Shown here piece by piece: positions 63,591-64,000 of a stretch of DNA of 64,000 bases (position 1 is its first letter; every line of letters starts with the position of its first letter). The stretch comes from Ascidiella aspersa (lineage: Eukaryota). A program made the translations under genes and the position numbers. Below the pieces are notes generated by a model. That model worked only from the letters and a program-made list of their open reading frames with translations. It searched no databases and was not told the DNA's origin. The stretch lies in the NCBI GenBank assembly GCA_963924565.1, contig OZ004611.1:25048001-25112000 (forward strand), given 5' to 3'.

Positions 63591-64000
63591 CTATATTAAG
63601 ACTCCATGTCACAATTCCATTTTTGAAGCGAAATCAACAGATTTATGAAGTCTAAAAAAAATTAATAAAAAAAAAATTATTCAATCGGTTATATGCAACT
63701 CAAAGCTTATTTAACTGTAATGATTGGTATTGTAAAGCGTCTATCAGTATTAGGTCCATAATCTAAGTCTATTGTTTCATCACAGTTACATCCATAAATA
63801 TACACCAATGCAGGTATTTTTACATGGTATTTTTTTACAGGTATAACATTAATACCTACGTCATACGTTCAAACAAACTCAACTTTCAGATAATTAACGC
63901 ATCCAATTTTTGCAAAAAGTCTTGACTTTTGGCGCAGTAGTGTCTTATTGCAGCTTTACTGTTTTTAATTTTGACGATTATTTTCCTGTAGGTATGATTT

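Noticed and set aside
62064-64000. Possible exons of a downstream gene (donors at ~62208 and ~63086, acceptors at 63840 and 63991)
   Set aside because: No consistent reading frame or homology within the window; the 62777-62968 ORF overlaps a foldback repeat.

Overview
Eukaryotic, AT-rich, intron-containing animal DNA with no obvious CpG depletion. It looks like an invertebrate and possibly an ascidian, but that is inference only. (1) 1-5 kb: the 5' end of an unidentified minus-strand gene (two small coding exons, MASFDTNSRASVNRRPKFVEIPTVPGVDEE...). (2) About 1.7-31 kb: a stretch with no recognisable genes, made of alternating GC/CpG-rich blocks and AT-rich spacers, resembling an enhancer landscape. 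(3) 36773-56973 (+): a complete GULP1/ced-6 (PTB-domain engulfment adaptor) gene, assembled here exon by exon. Nine exons give a canonical-size protein of about 301 aa. Two extra frame-preserving exons (606 and 78 codons) have no counterpart in the GULP1 I know and would give about 985 aa. The large exon is rich in phosphotyrosine, SH3 and kinase motifs, including NPLY and YASI, which resemble the receptor-tail motifs of CED-1. (4) Many non-autonomous mobile elements: hAT-type MITEs with 8-bp TSDs (one probable triple nest), and six fragments of a palindromic family with Penelope-like insertion structure. (5) 60529-60797: a tRNA-like Pol III cassette with an aberrant anticodon arm, sitting between long inverted repeats. 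The only two core differences between the repeat arms form a compensatory base pair in an internal hairpin. All coordinates were counted by hand and may be off by a few bases.
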